Source of the DNA: the human T2T-CHM13v2.0 reference genome, Homo sapiens
Assembly (NCBI RefSeq): GCF_009914755.1
Contig: NC_060933.1
Length of the DNA: 64,000 nt
Direction: 5' to 3' (one strand)
Part shown: in pieces, positions 56,580 to 64,000 of the stretch
Position numbering within the stretch: the first letter of the stretch is position 1
Layout: each line of letters starts with the position of its first letter
The notes under the pieces: model-generated
Database searches by the model: none
What the model was told of the DNA's origin: nothing
Seen by the model: only the letters and a program-made list of their open reading frames with translations
Program-made: the position numbers and the translations under genes

Positions 56580-58649
56580 AATAAAGTGATTTTCACTGAT
56601 TGTCAGTGTGCATGTGGTTTCAATAACAAGTGAATAAAGACCAGTAACCTAAAATTGTCCATTTAAATAATCAATGTGAAATAAGAATATGGCCAATCTG
56701 TTTCAAGGTCTCACAGCTAATGCTCCCAAGTTATGGACACAACTGATCTAAGAAACATTCTTCAGATTGATAATATCAATTTTATCGAAAGGATGCTGAC
56801 ATTCCCCTTTACTTCCCAAAATCACATCAAATATTGAATTCACAGCCTTTGAACCATTTCAAATCCAAACTCTAAATAAGGTAAAATTACTTTGGTGGAG
56901 TGTTAAAGTCACTTCTAATGTACCTCATACTCTCAACTTTTCCTACAATTCTCATTTTTCTTTAACATACGGAAGTCCCAATCAACTGGAGATAGACAAA
57001 GCTTTCAGGAAGATTTGAAAAGATTAATGTGTTTTAAAGAAGGGTTTGGCATTACTGAGGTGCTTTTCTAAACAAAACTCAAGAGTACGCCTCCTTGTAC
57101 CTCTGTGAGTTCTAATGGATGCGTAGAACCTTAGGAACTCCTCTCCTATAGTTAGAAAACTGGGGAACTTTTTTTCTTTTCTTTTTCAAGTGACCTACTA
57201 TTAATATATCCTATTTTTTCTCTGTATTTAAGAAGGCCAAATAGAAAATAATGCTGATATGGGAGTAACTGTTCACATTGAGAAATGAGAACAGAATCCC
57301 AATCTCATTTATTGTCTATACTTGGACCTGTTTACTATTCTTAATTGGAACAAGACATTATCATTTTTAGTGTAAAACACCTAAATTCTATACACTATGT
57401 TTTAATTCCTGCAGCTATCCGAGAAGCGAAGAAATCTTGCCAAGTGACCAAGTCACTTATGTGAGCTATCCCCATGTACCGAGGGTAGGTATCGCAGTTT
57501 CCAGCAGAAAACCCCTATCTGTCCTGGCTGATCAGTATCTTTAATCCTACTTTCTCTGGCTTTGACAGCACTTGGTCCAAACCTAAAGGGCAGAGAGAGC
57601 TTCAGAGTTCCAATGACACTTGGTGCTCCAATGACAATGAGATGACGGAAGAACAAAATATTTTTAATAAGCAATCTTTTCCAAAGATGACTGGACATAA
57701 GGCACTGTCAAAAAGCAATTCCCAGAGACACCCTCTGGTCCCTAAACAATACTGCGAAGTCAGAAATGGCAAAAACCTACATACTAAGAAATAGGGTAAA
57801 CCACTCATAAACTACCTATTAATTGTTGAAAAGAAGTTGATACTCCCCATCAAAAAATTAACAACCATCAAAAAAGCTTATGTGCCGAATGCTGGTTTAG
57901 CGGCCAGATGTAGTGCCGTGGAGGAGTAACGTGGTACCATGATGGATCCAGGCATATTCAACATTCCTGCGACAGTGACCATGGAAGAGCTGTGCATTTG
58001 TCCTGAAGATGTAGGGGGTGGCGGGGTGGAGACAATCTATCATTAAAGTAGACTTAAGTGGAGTATCATTCAGAAGATACCACCTTCCCCCACCACCAAA
58101 GAAAACACAATAAAAGAATCTCTCATACATGTATCTGAGACACTAGATCATTACGCTCTGAGATGAATCCCCCACATGTGTGGTCTTGTCCCCATCTTCT
58201 GCCAGATGCAGAATCATCTACAGGGATTTTTAAAACTGCCTCCATTTTCAGGTCACGTCTCTGTAACATGCAAAGACATACACAGTTTTTCTGTTCTTAG
58301 TAAGAACAGAAAAACCTGTCATTTTGAGATATCGTGACACAGAAAGCTTGGTGCGCAAGAAAACATTCCACGTTACCACCGCATTTACAGTCAAGAAGAT
58401 TCCTAGACAGCCCAAAGCCCAGAGCAAAAAGCTGGATAGCGCTGGCGCCTCAAGCCCAAGGAAGGGCACAGCTGGGCCACTACAAAAGGAAGCTGGTCTC
58501 TTCGGCAAACAGACCATCTGTGCCAAAGAACATTCCAACTAACAACAGTGCTGTACAAGCTCGGGAGGAATCAGCAATCAATTTGTAAATGTTCAAGATA
58601 AAACCAGAAAAATCTTTGAAAAAGAATAAAACTGCAGGGACTTACATAC

Positions 58650-58708
58650 CTCCATGTCTGGCCTAAACTTATCTTCAAATACAGCCATTGCTGCCAAGGA
58701 GCCAGAAC
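58650..58708 (-). CDS. PSMB7: PSMB7 coding exon (59 nt; exon 6)
   Basis: Acceptor ttttcttgcag|GT, donor GAG|gtatgt. Translates (G)SGSLAAMAVFEDKFRPDME with the beta-subunit GSGS motif. Joins exon 7 in frame across a ~27.7-kb intron. Absent from the ORF track. Confidence 0.96.
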
Positions 58709-60829
58709 CTGCAAGAAAAAGGTGCACTTTTAGTGTATTTTATGATATCCCAGCTTATCCATCTCAAGTTTACCTAGGGGCAAGAAAAACAGCAAAACAT
58801 GCCCAGTGTCTCATTCAAGTACAGTGTAAATATTAATTCTACAGGGCCACATAAACCAGGTAAAAACAGTGCTCTTCAAAAGCCTGGAGTCACACTTACC
58901 ACTATCTAAGGTAAATCTGCAACTGGTCCTACTTCCACCACTGACAGGTATAATTGTAAATTATTCACAATAAAATGCTGAAGCATGAAAATGAGGTTAT
59001 GGAGAATTTGGATTTTGTTCAAACAGTGACTGCCACATAATTTCCCGTGTTCTATGCTGTGAGTCTAGTGCTCCATATTGTGCCTTGGCAGGCTGCTGGG
59101 TATAGCGCTAAATACCAAGCCAGTTCCAAAGAAAAGATTGTTTTAATGAGCTGGCCCTGGTAGAGTCACCTTGACACGCAGGGAAGAAACTACCGCACCA
59201 GCAATGGTAATAGGACTGCGAGCAGCAGCCACCAGGTTATTCCAGCTACAACTGTAAAACACTTTATTATGTGGCATTTATTTGGAGCTATTATTTTTAG
59301 TTTGTACTTTGAAGAGTAACAGCTGAATAGACAAAATGACAGACAAAGAAACAAAAATTTATTATCACAATAGCAAATGGCTGAAAGGTTATGCTGCATA
59401 GGTATTAACGGATAGCAAATTTATCCCTACAAAAGTAGGACGTAAAGCCATTACAAATAAGCGTGGGCTCCCTTTGAATGGATGCAAAAGGCAGCTAAGC
59501 ACTCCTTGAAAATTTAAATTTGCTTTGTTCAAAAACCAGAGAATCTTTAGAAAATCATCATCTTGTCTTTACAGGTCCTGGCAATATTTCAGGATACTCC
59601 ACTTTTGGAGAGAGGATAGAGTTGCCCACAATTTTTTACTCCAATTAGAAGATTTTTTTGGCATTTATTACTTTTTAACTTGTTTTGCATAACACTATCT
59701 ATTTAGCTGGGTCACAGAGAAAACCATATTTTCTATTTAAAATGATTTGTGTACATCGCTTGACCACCTCAATGGTTTAGCAAAGGAAAAAGGCAGCGAT
59801 TAAACAGTTTCAAATGAGGTGTCCTGCTGATTTTATCAAGTCTGCTGAATGTATAATGAAAAAGGAGAAGCTGACAGCAACGCCGCATTGAGAAAATACA
59901 GACTACCTTATCTGAACCATTTAAGGAGGTCCAATTATAGATCAAATTTAAAGGGTAGAAACAGCAGATTTACAGACACAAATCAATGAACATGGTAATC
60001 CTGATGAATATGACAGATACTCCTGTTAGGGAATATTGCTGCGGTTGAGGATCATTACCTTCACAGTACCGGATACATCACATCTAAAGCCATAGGAAGC
60101 GTCAAGTGTAAACCAGCATTACAAGCAATGACTATTCATTTAGGCTTTGGGAGCAAAAGGCAACCCGATTTTCCCCTCCTCACAATTTTTTTCTCCTTAA
60201 AAAAAAAAAAAAAACTAAAATGGTGATCTAAAGGGACATTAAAAGCCCTCTGAAAAGGAGATAGAAATTAAACAGATATAAAACTAGTAAACTCAGATAA
60301 AACTAGCACATATGTGAGAGCAAATTCAGCAAAACAAACCTCTGAATTTCAAAGTAAACATGTCCTTGAAGATGTGGAAACAGGGTCAAACTCCACCAAT
60401 GTTCTGTGAGTCACATATTTACTCTGAGATTCAGGGGTCAAGGGGGAAAGTTAACCTAAGTTGCTGTTTTCAGGCCCAGGTGAGAACCAGTCTCAGACTT
60501 ACTAGTAAAAGCAAGCTGGTTTTGTGTGGAAAGCGAAAGACAGCTGCCATGAACGAACGAGGCAACTGCAAATGAAGAATCTCAGGAAAAAATACTCCCA
60601 GATATAGACCAATCCTGCACAGCACTGATGAGCAGACTGGTCTCTTCCAACAAAGTCCAAGAATATCTCCACGAAGAACACAAGGGTAATCAACCAGAGG
60701 CCAGAAATAAACATTTAAAAAAGGACAGGGAGAAGACAGGTATTTAGCTAGGAGCTAACAACTTGTGGAAAACTGTAATGAATTGTTAAAAAAGAAAAAC
60801 AAGCTTACCTTAAAGGCATTTTTCCTTAA

Positions 60830-61335
<506 letters not shown>

Positions 61336-63566
61336 CTAGAAACAATATTACAGACAAAATTTCTATAAGTGGAAATAACACACTAAACCCACAGACTCTT
61401 GGAACAAAAGAGTTTCTCCAATGTGGGGAGGCTCTCTACATTATCAGACAGGCATATAAGACAAGTAAACATAGGACTTGGGGCTTTTACTACACTGTAT
61501 TTCTGGCTTCCCCTTTTTATACCTCAAAAAATACATACATACACACACACACACTCTCTCTCTCGAGAAATTTTCTGAAAAGCAGGAGCTTCCCAACCTG
61601 ATTCTGCTTCCCATGAAATCAAAGACAAGAGGGCCCCAAAATAAACTTGAAAAGAAAGGGAAATTCAACATTAAAAATAATTTCTAAATCACTTGCAAAT
61701 TAGCTCCTGCTCCCAGCTTTTCAGGAAAGGAGGACTTTGGCGCCCCCTTTTCAGAAATACACAGAAGTGTTTGGAGATAGAAAACCTGTCAACAGGTTTG
61801 TAGATACCTCTGAATGTGTGTCTGCCATTTAGAAAACTGGGGTGAGAATTTCAAATACAGCTGCAATTGCCTGAAGTGACAAGAGAACATAATTTCAAGG
61901 CAATGCAGTGGGGGACACAAGGAACAAGAAGTTGGCCATTTAAAAAAAAAAAAAAAGATGGTAAACTCAGGCCAGTATTCTTTAAAGATAATTTCATTCA
62001 AGTTTCCTAGATACTGGTCCAACATCCAAAACTACATACAATAAATCACCAGTCAAATGCCATTCTACTACAGCCACCATGTGACCTGTAAAACATTAAT
62101 ATATTACATCCTCTTTTCCCTATAAACCACTAATAATGCCCTGAGACATTCTGTTATTTCAGCATCAACTACCTAAGCTGGCACTCTCTTCATACACAAA
62201 ACCAAGGCGAAAATCTTTTGAAGGATCATTTGCTCTGATTTTTTATTCCAAAAGCAGAGACATCTTAGACATCAGAACTGTCTGGTTTCCCATTAAAGAA
62301 CAGATACACAGAAAAGCCAGGGGACAGCGTGGCCAGGACTGGGCCTCTGCTGTACACTCGAGTATGCCAGTGAAGGAAAGGCAGGTCAGAGAGGACGTGC
62401 CCTCCACAAATGCAGGCTATGCTCCATGAGCAAGGGTGAGGCCTCAGAGAACTTACTCCAGTCAGGAGGAGAAGGAAGCCAAAGAGAAGAACAAGGGCCT
62501 TCTGCTAAGCACCCGCCAGGTGCCATGCGGCCTATTTTAGGTCATTTCATCATCCTCATAGCAACCCACTAATGTGAGAAAGCTCCTTGTCTAGGACTAC
62601 AGGAAACAAGCACAGGGGTGGGATTCCTGTCTCAGCTGTTGACCCTATGTCGCGCTCTCATACAAAAAGTCCTATATGCTACAATACAGTTGAGAGAGGA
62701 CACGCAAGACCTTCCATGACCAGGTTTCTACCTCCTTCGGCTCCCTCCCATCCCCCATACACACCCCTGATACTCCACCAACACCACGCTGCCCATGATT
62801 TCCTAAATGCCCGTGCCAGTTCAAGCCTATCTCACAGAGCACATGGCAGTCCACAGAACTCCCAGTCACCCTTCAAACTCCAGCTGAGAGATCACTTCTT
62901 CCTAGAACCCTTCCTTGGTCACTCCCCTCCACAGGGTTTATCACTCTCATCTCTGCAACTTGTCCATCCTTTCATATCTGCAGCCTCCATCCCCAACAGT
63001 CTCTGACACATGGCAGCATTAGGAGAGACGCTTATTGAATGAAGCTGCACTAAAAGTGAGGCCAACTACCCAAATGAGGGAGCCAAAAAAAACTCTAAGC
63101 TGCCCCTGAAGGTGTGAGGATAGCAGTAAATGCCTGGATAAGGTGTAAAGCAATATTTATCGCCTAGTTTACCATACCAGGCTGAATATAAGACAAACTC
63201 AAGTGTAGAGCCAGTTCAATTTTCAAAAAGGAAAAAGGGCCTTAAAAACCACAAAACCAAGTCCTGTTATATGTCCTAGTCCAGTCCAAACCACTGTGAT
63301 ATCACAGGAGTGAATGGCCTTTCCTGGATTTCTGCACTATATTAATACTACTGACGCTCTCGGTCTCATCAGTAGTTTCCATGAAGCTGCTCCTTAGCAA
63401 CCTTCCCCAAGCCTGCCTTTCAGCACACCCACGGTTACTGAGTACCCAGTACTGCTTCCAGAACAAAGCTCTTTAAAACAGAAAAACAAGGTGCAATTCA
63501 GTGACCAGCACTTAGGTGAATGTAAGTGAGGACACTATGATGGCTACCTAGTCCCCTCAGACTGAC

Positions 63567-63985
63567 CTCCTGCATCCACTGCCCTCCCCCAAGCCCACCT
63601 ACACACCCTGTTCAACACCCGCCACCCCAACCCACCAAGAAGCCGGGCTGTGGAGAGACAGGGAGGCAGGGAGGACAAATGTCTCTTTCCCTTTCACCTG
63701 CAGGGCACTCCCCCATCCACTGCAGACACTCCACAGCTGCTCCAGCTAGGTCCTCATTCAAAGCTCCTCCTGCAACCAATGCCCTGTGGAGTCCTGGAAA
63801 GAGCACCTGGCCTGCTTCCCAGCTCTGTCAGGGCCGGACTCACCCACAGACCCTCTTGTCACCCACATCTGCTGCGCCCCAGGAGAAGGAGTCCCAAGCA
63901 CCAGTTCCACAAGGACCACACCTCCAGCCAGTCTGTTACAATGAAACATCTTATAATAGCAGGCCCACTAGCTTATAAACAAAAT
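63567..63985 (+). repeat. Copy 2 of the long-range inverted duplication (partner ~15370-15823)
   Basis: GC-rich block in an AT-rich intron that aligns to the reverse complement of 15370-15823. It may extend past the window end. Confidence 0.93.
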
Positions 63986-64000
63986 TACTAGCTCCTTTAA

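Noticed and set aside
63650-63991. Paired MERQGGREDK ORFs (also 15402-15740 on minus) as a duplicated small gene
   Set aside because: Both start at GTG and differ by frameshifting indels; the similarity is at DNA level only. The duplication itself is reported as a finding.

Overview
Human genomic DNA (9q33.3 by gene identity) holding the 3' halves of two convergent genes. On the + strand are the last five coding exons of the kinase NEK6 (415-523, 1423-1530, 13653-13747, 21763-21876, 24887-24997) and its 3'UTR. On the - strand are the last three coding exons of proteasome subunit PSMB7 (58708-58650, 30961-30810, 27756-27645). All exons have GT-AG boundaries and splice in frame. The remainder is intronic: Alu, L1, MIR, L2, an MLT1 LTR, Tigger3, MER33 and MER58A elements, simple repeats and several motif-dense, enhancer-like blocks. 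The window is GC-rich up to ~33 kb and AT-rich beyond. The main unexplained structures are: (1) a ~450-bp segment matching no repeat I recognise, present in inverted orientation in a NEK6 intron (~15370-15823) and a PSMB7 intron (~63567-63985), 48 kb apart; (2) a + strand poly(A)-site-like region at ~33.2 kb, suggesting a long NEK6 3'UTR or read-through antisense to the last two PSMB7 exons; (3) an Alu inserted in reverse into another Alu, predicting a long hairpin; (4) a tandem donor at a PSMB7 exon that would create an immediate stop. I found no novel protein-coding system; the other long ORFs look like GC-rich or Alu artefacts. Repeat subfamily names and exon numbers come from recall, not from a search.
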